Positions 14,923 to 25,910 of a DNA stretch of 64,000 nt are shown here, piece after piece; within the stretch, counting starts at the first letter, position 1, and every line of letters begins with the position of its first letter. The notes under the pieces were generated by a model. The model made no database searches. It saw nothing but the letters and a program-made list of their open reading frames with translations, and was not told where the DNA came from. This stretch comes from an uncultured Pseudomonadota bacterium (GTDB lineage: Bacteria > Oederibacteriota > Muellerivitia > Muellerivitales > Muellerivitaceae): assembly GCA_963843375.1 (NCBI GenBank), contig CAWJKT010000004.1, positions 500,528 to 564,527 of the forward strand, given 5' to 3'. The position numbers were made by a program, and so were the translations under genes.

Positions 14923-15933
14923 ATGGCCGCTCCCCAGGTCGAGGTGCTGCGCTGCCCCGCGTGCGGCGCCGATGTGCCCCTGGGTCAGGCGGACGACGCG
15001 CTCTGCGCGCACTGCGGGAAAGCGGTTCGCGTTCCCGATGCGCATCGCGAGCTGCGTTTCCTTCAGCGCGAGGACCACGGGGCGCGTCATCGAGCGCAGG
15101 CGCTCCTGTCGACGCTCGATTCGCCGCCGTGGCTCTTGACCCGTGTGCTGGCTGCGGTCTTCGACCAGCCCGCGCTCGCGTTCTGGATCTACTTCGGGGT
15201 GCCGGTCGGCCTGGCGAGCATCTTCGCCGGACTCGCCGTCGACGCGCACCTCCACCCGCCTCCCGCGGCGACCGTCGGCGTCATCTTCGTCGTCCTGTTT
15301 GCGTTCGCTTTCCTCCCGCGATGCATGGGGATCTACGCCAACCGGCGTGCCGGAGCCCGCCGTCTCTTGCTGGCCGGGTTGGCCGCACAACCGCCGAGGA
15401 CGCCCGGGGGCCCGGCCCGCTGCCGCGCGTGCGGGGCGCCCCTCGAGATCCCCGCGGGCGCGGCCGTCGCCCGCTGCCTCTATTGCGGAGTCGAGAGCGC
15501 CGTACGGATACGCACTCCGTTCCTCGCGCGCGTCCGCCAGGCGACCCGTGCCGCGGTGCGCACCCTGGACGAAGCGGCGGCGCTCGACCACCGCGACCGC
15601 GCCGCGACGCGGCACGAGCTGGCCCGCGAGCTCCGCCGGTATGGCCTCACGACGGCGACCTTCGGCGGACTCTTCGCCGTCTGGGCCTGGGACTATCAGC
15701 GCGTCACCGATCGCGGCGACGGATCGGCCCCTGCGCTCGGCATCCTCGCGCTGGTGATCGGCACCGTCCTGCTCATCGCGATGCTGCTTCGGTCGACCGG
15801 CACCGATCCGCGCGACGCCGAAGACGCGCGCGAGCGACGCGGCGGCACCGGTCTTCCCGCATGGGTGCGCGTCCTGGGGCCCATCGGCTTCTGGGTCGTG
15901 CTCTGGGGGATCCGCCTCGCGATATGGCGATGA
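14923..15933 (+). CDS. Membrane protein with two zinc-ribbon motifs
   Basis: CPACG..CAHCG and CRACG..CLYCG pairs; about five hydrophobic segments. Confidence 0.75.
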   Translation: MAAPQVEVLRCPACGADVPLGQADDALCAHCGKAVRVPDAHRELRFLQREDHGARHRAQALLSTLDSPPWLLTRVLAAVFDQPALAFWIYFGVPVGLASIFAGLAVDAHLHPPPAATVGVIFVVLFAFAFLPRCMGIYANRRAGARRLLLAGLAAQPPRTPGGPARCRACGAPLEIPAGAAVARCLYCGVESAVRIRTPFLARVRQATRAAVRTLDEAAALDHRDRAATRHELARELRRYGLTTATFGGLFAVWAWDYQRVTDRGDGSAPALGILALVIGTVLLIAMLLRSTGTDPRDAEDARERRGGTGLPAWVRVLGPIGFWVVLWGIRLAIWR

Positions 15934-16218
15934 TCCGACCGCCGACCCGATCTCGCGCAAGCGCTTCCGCGCCGACGGTACATTTCCTTCATTCGATTGA
16001 TGATTGTCGCTCGGCTGAGCGTATTTCACACGCAGCTGACCGTTGGCGCCAATCTTGTCGACAATCGAGCACCAAATGGTAATGACTCCAGCTGGGCCAT
16101 CTACGCTAAGGTATTGGCCCGAAATGAGTTCTGAATTCGCTCGATTCTACCGACACTGCCGATATCGATCATCAGCGAATTTACTACGAATTGCAGTGGG
16201 AATGTCGAGCGTTGAAAT

Positions 16219-17409
16219 ATGAGGAAGGAAAAGGCGAAATCCATGGGTCCCCAATTTGGATACCGCTTTGAGCTCGGTTCGCTGGCGACGATTCTTACCC
16301 TCGCGCTCGGTGCCACGGCAGGCTGCGGTGGGACTTCGGCCGGCCCAAGCTTCCAGGGCCAAGGCACCTCGCCCGACGACGGCGACGCGAGCTCGGCGAC
16401 CGGATCGTCGGGAGGGCGCTCCACGGGCACGGGCGCCTCTTCGAGCGGCGGGACCTCGAGCTCGGGCTCGAGCTCGGGCACGAGCTCCGGCGGTTCGAGC
16501 GGCTCTCCGAAGCCGAGCAGCAGCTCGGGGAGCAGCGGCTCGAGTGGGTCTTCGAGCGGCTCCTCGAGTGGTTCCAGCGGGTCGACGGCCGGCGGCAGCG
16601 GCTCGATTCCGACGATGCTTCCGAAGGCGATGGGCACGTGCCCGACCCTGAAGAGCGGCAGCATGCAAAGCATCATGCTGAACGGCACGTCGATGTCGTG
16701 GTCGATGTCGGTGGGAACCAAGGCCTCTTCTGCGACCGGGCCCATCGTCATTTACTGGCATGGCACCGGCACGAACGCCGGCGAGTCCGCCACGGCGCTG
16801 GGCAACGGCATCACCGACATCGTCAACCTCGGGGGCCTGGTAGCCGCCGCCGACAGCACGAGCAGCACCGGCACGAACACGGGCGACGGTGTCTGGTACA
16901 CCGGGGACGTCAACTGGGCGGACTTCATCATCGCCTGCGCGATCCAGCAGCTGAACATCGACGCGAGCCATATCCACGTCGCCGGCTACAGCGCGGGCGC
17001 TATGCAAACCGGTTACATGTGGTACGCGCGATCCGGGTACATCGCGAGCGCGATCGTCTACTCGGGAGGCGCCAGCGGCTTCGGCGAGCAGCTGCAGGAT
17101 CCCTCCAACGCCCCGTCGCTCATCGGTGCTCACGGCGCGCCGGGCGACTCGAGCTGCACCATCACCTCGTCGAACTGCGACTTTCTCGCAGGCTCGACGA
17201 CGATGTTCGAGGCAACCGTCAAGGCGGCGGGCGCCCCCATGGTCATCGATTGCGACGACGGCAGCTCGCACGTCGACATCACGCGGCTCAGCGAGCTCTC
17301 CCCGGTCGCCTGGCAGTTCTTCAAGGACCACCCCTTCAAGGGGGGGAAACCCGATCCCTACGCCAACGGACTCCCCTCGGCGTTCCCGACGTACTGCAAG
17401 ATCCAGTAG
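16219..17409 (+). CDS. Secreted alpha/beta-hydrolase (esterase/PHB-depolymerase-like) lipoprotein with Ser/Gly linker
   Basis: Lipobox TAGC; long S/G tract; IYWHGTG; HVAGYSAGA (GxSxG); WQFFKDHPF. The start could be the later Met at 16243. Confidence 0.8.
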   Translation: MRKEKAKSMGPQFGYRFELGSLATILTLALGATAGCGGTSAGPSFQGQGTSPDDGDASSATGSSGGRSTGTGASSSGGTSSSGSSSGTSSGGSSGSPKPSSSSGSSGSSGSSSGSSSGSSGSTAGGSGSIPTMLPKAMGTCPTLKSGSMQSIMLNGTSMSWSMSVGTKASSATGPIVIYWHGTGTNAGESATALGNGITDIVNLGGLVAAADSTSSTGTNTGDGVWYTGDVNWADFIIACAIQQLNIDASHIHVAGYSAGAMQTGYMWYARSGYIASAIVYSGGASGFGEQLQDPSNAPSLIGAHGAPGDSSCTITSSNCDFLAGSTTMFEATVKAAGAPMVIDCDDGSSHVDITRLSELSPVAWQFFKDHPFKGGKPDPYANGLPSAFPTYCKIQ

Positions 17410-17776
17410 CCGCGGCCGGCCGACGTCCATAGGGCGGCGAGGACCAGGTACGTCCAGAGACCGCCCGCAGGGACGGGCGTCGGCGCCGGCGCGCCGGAGT
17501 CCGGACCGATGCCGACCGGGGAACTCGCGAGGTAGCTGGTGATGAACTGACTTGCGCCAATCGCGGAGACACGCAGCCGCGGAGGGTCTCCTGATCGGGG
17601 CCTGCGCCGCAGCGCGGCGTGAACCACCACGTGGTCAGGGGTCCTCCTTCGCTGGGACGCCGATTCCGCGTGTTGGTGTCTCTTTTGGTGTCTCTATGGT
17701 GTGCGGACTTGCAAGGGTGCGTGGCATTTTGGCGCTCAGGGAGCGATCTTTTCGCTCGTATCGTCGCCGACGTGCT

Positions 17777-17792
17777 CGGCCGCGGCTTTGCA
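17777..17792 (+). promoter_or_regulatory. Candidate sigma-54 -24/-12 promoter
   Basis: CGGCCGCGGCTTTGCA (GG-N10-GC with TTGC) just upstream of ATG 17808. TGGTGT direct repeats lie at 17674, 17686 and 17697. Confidence 0.5.
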
Positions 17793-17807
17793 AGGCAGGG
17801 TCGCAAC

Positions 17808-18269
17808 ATGCTGCCGCTGGCGCCTCCGACGTCGTCCGACAACGGGCCCCGATCCGCGCGACCCAGGGGTCCGCTGGTCCTCATCATCGAGGACACGACC
17901 GACCTCCGCGACCTCTTCGCCGCCGAGCTGGCGACCGACGGGTTCCTGGTGATCGACGCCGTCGACGGCGAAGCGGGGATCGACAAGGCCCGGCGCTTCG
18001 AGCCCGACGCGATCGTGCTCGACCTCATGCTTCCGGGGATCAACGGCTTCAACGTCGCGCGCGTTCTGCGGGGCAACGAACGCACGCGAAACACCGTCAT
18101 CGTCGCGGTGACGGCCCTGACTTCGAGCCGGCTCCTGTCGATGGCCATCGAGGCGGGGTGCGACTCGTGTCTCTGCAAGCCCGTGCTCGGCGCTGCCGTC
18201 GTCCGGGAGCTGATGCGCCTTCTGGTCGCGAGGCGAAGCGGCGCGGACCTCACTCGCCTGAAGAAGTGA
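17808..18269 (+). CDS. Single-domain response regulator (receiver)
   Basis: VLIIEDT, IVLDLMLPGING, AVTA, LCKP. Confidence 0.9.
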   Translation: MLPLAPPTSSDNGPRSARPRGPLVLIIEDTTDLRDLFAAELATDGFLVIDAVDGEAGIDKARRFEPDAIVLDLMLPGINGFNVARVLRGNERTRNTVIVAVTALTSSRLLSMAIEAGCDSCLCKPVLGAAVVRELMRLLVARRSGADLTRLKK

Positions 18270-18290
18270 TCCGGCTGGGACTTCGTTCGC

Positions 18291-19479
<1,189 letters not shown>

Positions 19480-19547
19480 GGGCAGTCCTCCGCGGAGTCT
19501 GGGGCCGAACCTAGCCGCTCGGCGGCGTCGCGCGCCAGCCGGCTGTG

Positions 19548-21713
19548 CTACGAGGTCGGTGGGGTCGTTCCCCGTCGGTCGTTGCCCGTCAGCCGGACGA
19601 CGGCCGCGATGAGCTCCAGGGGCTCGACCGGCTTGGCCATGTGCACGTTGAAGCCCTCGACCAGGGCGCGGGTGCGATCCTCGGTGCGCGCGAAGGCGGT
19701 GAGCGCGATGGCGGGAATGTTCCGCTTGCCCTCGTGCGGGTGCGTCCGGATGTCCCGAATGAGGGAGTAACCGTCTCCATCGGGCATTCCGATGTCCGAG
19801 ACGATGACGTGGGGCTCGAAGTCTCTCAGCATCGCGAGAGCTTCGGCCGCGCTGCTCGCGAGCCGGACCTTCATGCCCGATCGCTGCAGCATGAATTCCA
19901 GCAGCTCTCGGGCGTCCGCGTCGTCATCGACGACGAGCGCGACGATGTCGCCGAGGTCCTCCGGCAGGCTCGCGACGCCCGTGGACGGCGTCGTCGCCGG
20001 GACCCGCGGGATGCCGATCGTGGTGGAGACGAGGGGGCTGATGGGCAGGCGCACGACGAACTCGGCGCCCTTGCCCAGGCCGCCGCTCGAGGCCCGGACG
20101 GTCCCTCCGTGGAGCTCGACGAGGTGCTTCGAGATCGAGAGGCCGATCCCGAGACCGGCGTGCGGTCTCGTCGTGGTGGTGTCCGACTGGCGGAACGTCT
20201 CGAAGACGTGAGGGAGAAACTCCGCCGAGATGCCCTCGCCGTCGTCGGCGATGGTCAGCTCGAGGTCGGACTCGGCTCGATGGATTCCGAGTCGGAGCGT
20301 GCCCTCCTTGGGCGTGAACTTCACCGCGTTCGACAGGAGATTCCAGATCACTTGCTGCAGACGATCGCCGTCTCCCCGCAGGACGGCGTTCTCGCGATCG
20401 ATCTTCGTCTCGACGCGCAGTCGCTTCGCGTTGATCGCGGGGCGCATCCCCTCGATCACCAGGTCCAGCACGGTTCCGAGGTCCACCTGGGAAAGGTTGA
20501 TGCGAACGCTCCCGGTGATGACGCGGCTGATGTCGAGGAGGTCGGCGACGATCTGATTCTGGGCCAGCGCGTTGCGATGGATCACGTCGATGGCGCGCTC
20601 GCGGTTGGCCTCGGACAGGGACTCGCTCTGCAGCAGCCCGGTCCAGCCGAGGATGGCGTTGAGCGGCGTTCGCAGCTCGTGCGACACCATGGCCACGAAC
20701 TCGTCCTTGGCGCGGGTCGCCGCCTCGACTCGCGAACGCTCTTTCTGCGACGTCGCGTAGAGATGCGCGTTGTCGATCGCGACGGCCGCCCTTCGCGCCA
20801 GCTCCTCGACGAGCAGGAGATCGGCCGGCCCGTAGCGGCGGGGCGACTCGCTCCACGCGAGCGTGATGGCGCCGAAGGTGGCCGACTGGACCCGGAGAGG
20901 AACGATGATCCAGGAGCGCGATCCGATCTGGCGAAGGAGCGCCAGGTGCTCCGGGCTCTGCGCGAGGCCCTCGAGCGTGCCCGTCGGCGCGTCCTCGACG
21001 AGCCGCGACTTGCCGGTGCGAATGACCTCGGGGTAGCCGTCTCGTGCCTGCGGGTCCGGAGGAAAGCGCAGGAGCAGCTCGCGCAGGACGGCGACCTTGG
21101 CGGGGTCGACGTGCGCGAGCGGGATCTGCTCCGCGGGCTCCCCCTCGATGGTGACCGCGCACCAATCGGCCAGCCTGGGGACGACCAGCCCCGTGAGGCG
21201 CGAGAGCGTCGACCGGTAGTCGAGCGAGGACGTCAGGAGCTGTCCCGCCTTGGCGAGGAACTCGAGCTCCTCCCTCTGCCCGGCCTGCTGGCGGTCTCGA
21301 TAGCGACTGTACTCCGCCGCCGCCTCGGCGACGCCGACGTTGAGGCACTTCGCCAGGACGTCGAACTCGTCGATCGTCATCGACGCGTGGTGGGCCTTCG
21401 CCGTCTCCATGACCGCGTGGCGGAGGATGCCGTACTCGCGCACGAGGGCGTCGAGGTCGTACCCGAGGGTCCAGCGCTGCCCGCCGTGCCGTCGGGCCGT
21501 GGGGCTCTGGTCAATCGCATCGTAGCTGTAGCGGACCTGGCCCAGCGCCCTCAACTCGCCGACAATCTCGTCGAGGAACCGTGGAATGTGGTCGATGAGG
21601 ACCGGCCGAGGCAACCCGGGGGGCGGCAGGTCCTTGCGCTGCACCTCCGTGACGAACCGCGCCACGATTTCGTCGCGGCGCTCGGTGAGGAGCTGGTCGA
21701 GCGAGAGCGCCAT
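19548..21713 (-). CDS. Hybrid sensor histidine kinase (RsbRD_N-like + GAF + HisKA/HATPase + receiver)
   Basis: LADWC GAF signature, VSHELRTPLNAI, NLLSNAVKFT, DDGEGI, GLGIGL, VVDDD, SDIGMP, KP. Confidence 0.95.
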   Translation of the reverse strand: MALSLDQLLTERRDEIVARFVTEVQRKDLPPPGLPRPVLIDHIPRFLDEIVGELRALGQVRYSYDAIDQSPTARRHGGQRWTLGYDLDALVREYGILRHAVMETAKAHHASMTIDEFDVLAKCLNVGVAEAAAEYSRYRDRQQAGQREELEFLAKAGQLLTSSLDYRSTLSRLTGLVVPRLADWCAVTIEGEPAEQIPLAHVDPAKVAVLRELLLRFPPDPQARDGYPEVIRTGKSRLVEDAPTGTLEGLAQSPEHLALLRQIGSRSWIIVPLRVQSATFGAITLAWSESPRRYGPADLLLVEELARRAAVAIDNAHLYATSQKERSRVEAATRAKDEFVAMVSHELRTPLNAILGWTGLLQSESLSEANRERAIDVIHRNALAQNQIVADLLDISRVITGSVRINLSQVDLGTVLDLVIEGMRPAINAKRLRVETKIDRENAVLRGDGDRLQQVIWNLLSNAVKFTPKEGTLRLGIHRAESDLELTIADDGEGISAEFLPHVFETFRQSDTTTTRPHAGLGIGLSISKHLVELHGGTVRASSGGLGKGAEFVVRLPISPLVSTTIGIPRVPATTPSTGVASLPEDLGDIVALVVDDDADARELLEFMLQRSGMKVRLASSAAEALAMLRDFEPHVIVSDIGMPDGDGYSLIRDIRTHPHEGKRNIPAIALTAFARTEDRTRALVEGFNVHMAKPVEPLELIAAVVRLTGNDRRGTTPPTS

Positions 21714-21751
21714 GGGTGAGTGGATCGGCCTAGGCCAACCAGTTCTGCCGT

Positions 21752-21767
21752 TGCAGGACCGATTCCA
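21752..21767 (-). promoter_or_regulatory. Candidate sigma-54 promoter
   Basis: TGGAATCGGTCCTGCA (GG-N10-GC) about 40 bp upstream of the kinase start. Confidence 0.35.
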
Positions 21768-21847
21768 TGGACGATCTCGGCGGATCTCGGCCCACGCGCC
21801 TCGTCACGCGCGTGGCAACCAGGCTCGGCGGTCCTAATTTGCCACGG

Positions 21848-22816
21848 TCAGGCGCCGGCGCGCCGGCGGCCGACGAGGGTCGACAGTGCGACCGCGGTCA
21901 GCAGCGCGGCCCCGTTGAACGCCGACTCCACCCAGTTGTCGACGCCGACGAGCGAGAGTCCGCTCACGGTCGTAGCCAGGAAGAAGACGGCGAGGAGCGT
22001 GCCGGGCACGTTGAACCGGCCGGGGTGAATGCTGGTCACTCCGAGGAAGGCCACGGCGAGGACGGGAAGGGCAATCGACCCGCCAGTCTGCGGATTGGCT
22101 CCCCCGTCCCGGGCCACCTGCAGGACACCCGCGAAGCCCGTGATCGCCCCCGAGATGACGAAGCTCAGCACGGTGATTCGATTGACGTCGAGCCCCACGA
22201 GACGCGCGGCGTTCGGGTTGGAGCCGACCGCCTGCAGATACCGGCCGTACGGCGTGTGATCGAGCAGGTACCACACCAGCAGGGCCACCGCGGCGAGCAG
22301 ATAGAGAGGTCGAGGCAGACCCAGCCACAGGTTCGAGCCCATGTCCGTGAGGGACGACGGGATGCCCGTGAGGATGCTGACCCCTTCGGTGTACCAGGAG
22401 ATGATCCCGACGATCACGGTCGCGACCGCGAGGGTCGTGATCAGCGAATTGAGACCGAGCCTGGCGACGAGCAGTCCGTTGAGCAACCCGACGGTCGCGC
22501 CCAGCGCCGGCCCCGCGAGGACAGCCACCCAGAGGGGCGCCGAAAATCGGGACAGCACCGACGCCGTGAGGATCGACGTGAGTCCGAGCGTCGATCCGAC
22601 CGACAGGTCGAACTGGCCGCCGACCAGCGGAATGATCGCCGACAGGCTGAGGATCGCGAGGACCGCCTGGTTGCCGACGATGTTGCGAAAATTCAGGACC
22701 GTGGCGAACGAGTCCGGGAGTTTGAGGCTGAAGCCGACCACCACCGCCGCGAAGAGCAGCAAGAGGAAGTAGCGCTCGAGGAGCGCGAGCGCCGCGCTGC
22801 GCGTCGGCCGAGTCAT
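21848..22816 (-). CDS. Monosaccharide-type ABC transporter permease (RbsC-like)
   Basis: GQFDLSVG, LITTLA, TPYGRYLQAVGSNPNAARLVG; multiple TM helices. Confidence 0.93.
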   Translation of the reverse strand: MTRPTRSAALALLERYFLLLLFAAVVVGFSLKLPDSFATVLNFRNIVGNQAVLAILSLSAIIPLVGGQFDLSVGSTLGLTSILTASVLSRFSAPLWVAVLAGPALGATVGLLNGLLVARLGLNSLITTLAVATVIVGIISWYTEGVSILTGIPSSLTDMGSNLWLGLPRPLYLLAAVALLVWYLLDHTPYGRYLQAVGSNPNAARLVGLDVNRITVLSFVISGAITGFAGVLQVARDGGANPQTGGSIALPVLAVAFLGVTSIHPGRFNVPGTLLAVFFLATTVSGLSLVGVDNWVESAFNGAALLTAVALSTLVGRRRAGA

Positions 22817-24360
22817 GGACCCTCGGCGGCAAAGTGGGCGAGCTCGGTCAGGCGATGGCTATCGAGCGACGGTGGTTTGACCTCACCGACGATGCGCCCG
22901 CGCACCATGGCGATCACGCGATCGCACAGCGCCGCGAGCTCCTCGAAATCGGAGCTCACCACGAGGACGGAGGTGCTGCTCTGCGCGGCTTCGCGGAGCA
23001 GCTTGTGGATCTCGATTCGGGCGTGCACGTCGACTCCCTGGGTAGGCTCGTCGAGCAAGAGGAGCTTTGGCTGGTCGCGAAGGCAGCGCGCGAGCACGGC
23101 CTTCTGCTGGTTGCCGCCCGAGAGCGTCGACTGCGGCTGCTCGGTCGAAGAGGCCCGGATGAAGAAGCGCGTGATCAGCTTTCTCGCGTCCGACCGCTCG
23201 ACGTCGTGGCGCAGGCGCTGGCCGCGAAAGTAGCAATCCATGCGGCCCGCCGTGAGGTTGGCGCGCAGGCTCAGGGCGGGAAACTCGGCCTCGTGCGCCC
23301 GGTCGGGAGGCACGTAGGCGACGCCGCCCGCGATTGCGGCGCGCGGACCTTCGGGATGGAAGGGCCGGCCGTCGAGCACGACCTCTCCGGACCTCCTCGA
23401 GAGCGTGCCGTAGAGAAGTCTCTGCACGTCGGCCGCTCCCGAGCCGATCAAGCCCGCGATGCCCAGGATCTCGTGACGGCCGACCTCGAAGCTCACGTCG
23501 GAGACGACGCCCCCGGCCAGCGCGCGAACGGCGAGGACGGGCGGGTCGCCGCTGACGACGTGCGCGTCCAATCGCCGCTCGTGTTCGACCGCGCGTCCGA
23601 GCATGAGGGAGACGAGCTTGGACTGGTCCATTCCGGCGGTGGCGACCGTCCCCACGTTCCGCCCATCGCGAAGCGCGGTGACCCGCTGGGTGGCGCGCAG
23701 CACCTCGTCGAGGCGATGGGTGACGTAGAGGATCGCCTGGCCCTGGTCTGCGTACTTGCGCAGGGTCTCGAGGAGCCAATCGACCTCGGGGCCGGGGAGC
23801 GAAGCCGTGGGCTCGTCGAGGATCAGCACGCCGCCCTGCGCGCCATCGAGATCTTGCAAGGCGCGTGCGATCACCACGAGGGTCCGATCGGCGGGGCCCA
23901 GCATGCCCGCGGGCATCTCTGGCGTGCCGTGGATGTGGAACCGCTCGAGGATCCGCGCCGTCCGCTCGCGCTGCTCTGCCCAGCGAATGCGCCCACCGCG
24001 CCCCGTCAGAAACCCGCGCCCGATGGCGATGTTCTCGGTCACGCTGAGCATGGGAAAGACGGCAGGCACCTGATGCACGAAGTGCAAGCCCACCTCCTTG
24101 GCCTTGGCGGGCGTCAGCGCCCCTGGATCGAGCGGGGTGCCGTTCACGGCGATCTCGCCGCCATCGTCCGCGGCATAGATCCCGGCCAGGATCTTGATCA
24201 GCGTCGACTTGCCCGATCCGTTGGTCCCGATGAGGGCGTGGATCTCGCCCCGCCGCAGGTCGAGGCTCACCCCGTCGAGGGCGCGGGTGCCGGGGAACGT
24301 CTTGCCGATGCCGCGGACCCGGAGGACGAGATCGCGGTCGCTGGAGGGGGATGCTTCCAC
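22813..24360 (-). CDS. Sugar ABC transporter ATP-binding protein, two ABC domains (RbsA/MglA-like)
   Basis: GTNGSGKST, LILDEPT, LSGGNQQK, LLLDEPTQGVD; GTG start inferred. Confidence 0.93.
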   Translation of the reverse strand: MEASPSSDRDLVLRVRGIGKTFPGTRALDGVSLDLRRGEIHALIGTNGSGKSTLIKILAGIYAADDGGEIAVNGTPLDPGALTPAKAKEVGLHFVHQVPAVFPMLSVTENIAIGRGFLTGRGGRIRWAEQRERTARILERFHIHGTPEMPAGMLGPADRTLVVIARALQDLDGAQGGVLILDEPTASLPGPEVDWLLETLRKYADQGQAILYVTHRLDEVLRATQRVTALRDGRNVGTVATAGMDQSKLVSLMLGRAVEHERRLDAHVVSGDPPVLAVRALAGGVVSDVSFEVGRHEILGIAGLIGSGAADVQRLLYGTLSRRSGEVVLDGRPFHPEGPRAAIAGGVAYVPPDRAHEAEFPALSLRANLTAGRMDCYFRGQRLRHDVERSDARKLITRFFIRASSTEQPQSTLSGGNQQKAVLARCLRDQPKLLLLDEPTQGVDVHARIEIHKLLREAAQSSTSVLVVSSDFEELAALCDRVIAMVRGRIVGEVKPPSLDSHRLTELAHFAAEGP

Positions 24361-24380
24361 GTGCTGCTGGCTGCGTGCCG

Positions 24381-25624
24381 CTAGAGGACGCCCCACGCCT
24401 TCTTGTAGGCGCTGCGAAAGTCCTTCGAGGCCTCGTAGCCCTTTCCGGGCGCGGGGAGGTTGTGCTCGCGATCGATGAGGCGATAGCCGATCCCCGAGTC
24501 TTGCGGCTTCTGACCGTTGAATACGCTGTTGAGCGAATCGACGGCGGCGTATCCGGTCCACACGGCCGGGAACGCATTGGCCGCGTCCTGACCGCGGTTG
24601 TCCCGAATGAGCTGGACGTTGGAAGGGAAGCCTTCGCCCGCGATGACCGAGAGCTGATCGTTTCGGCCCGACTCGAGGACGGCGCTTGCGATGCCAAGGA
24701 GCATCGGCGTGTCGTAGGGCACGTGGATCGCGTTGGCCTCGGGGTGCTGGAGGAGCGCGCCCTGTGCCTTCTGCTGCAGCTTGGGCCCGAAGTCGGGGAT
24801 CGTGAAGTCGACGGTCTTGACGACCTCGCACGTCGTGCACTTGGCGAGCTCCTGCTCGAAGCCTTCGCGGATGTACTTCACGACGAGGAGCTCGTCCTCC
24901 TTGAACGAGATGGCCTTCGCGTGGCCTTGCGTCTTGACGATGACCCAGTCGGCTTTCACCGCGCCCCAGGCGCGCGTGAGGCTCGCGTAGTCGCCGAACT
25001 GCGATCCGAAGTTCACGCTGCCGCTGTAGAGAGGCTCCCCCTTGACCGAAGGATCGTCGCAGTCGAGCGCGTAGTAGGCGAGCGTCTTGACCTTCGCCGC
25101 CTGCGCCTCGACCAGCGCCTGCTTGACCCACGCGCAGTCGATCGCGTGGAGGATGATGCCGTCGGCCTTCGCGGCGATCGCCTGGCGGATGCCCGCCGAG
25201 AAGGCTGCGGGGTCGCCCTTCGCGTCGAAGAGCGTCATCTTCCACCCCACGAGCTCTCCGGCTTCCTTTGCCGCGTTCGTCGCGACCGAGGCGCTCTCGC
25301 CGATCTGCGACGGCGAGATGATCCAGACCTTCTTGCCGCGCTGCGGCTTGGGGGCCGAGGTCGGGGATCGCGATCCGTGCCCGCGTAGGCGAGGTCGATC
25401 TGGTGCTGTGCGTAGGCGAGCACCGCGGGGTCCGCCGAAGCGACGGGCGCCGCCGAAGCGCTGCCCAGCGTCGCCGCTCCCCCCGATGCGGCCGGAGCGC
25501 CGGGATCTTTCGCGCTGCTGGCGTTGCAAGCGAAGGCGAAAGCAGCGAGCGCGCCGGCGACGACAGCTTTCGTGAGCCGACGGCCCACGACGGCCAACCT
25601 GCACGAATCGGAACCGCGGTCCAT
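24381..25624 (-). CDS. Sugar-type ABC substrate-binding lipoprotein; one frameshift near 25365
   Basis: Lipobox AFAC in one frame and periplasmic-binding body (FDAKGDP, AKADGIIL) in another. One extra base in the G4 run restores ...DRDPPTSAPKP. Confidence 0.85.
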
Positions 25625-25910
25625 GGCCTGTCTCCTTGCGAGATTCTTCGCGTCCGCCGATGAAGACACGGCCGGAGCTCCCCTCGCACATCGACGTCTA
25701 CCGCGATCGCCGTCTCGACTTCTAGCGATTACTTGCGTGGCAGCCTGATCCGAAGTCGGAACCCGCGTCGCGTCGAAATTGATGACGCGCGTCGACGCCG
25801 CCGTTTTCCGCCGCCCCTGGAGTCGTGCGTTGCCATGCGACCCGCGCCGTGTCGTGATTCGGTGTCGGCACACTAACGCAAAGTGCCACTGGGGACGCGA
25901 GACGGAAATA

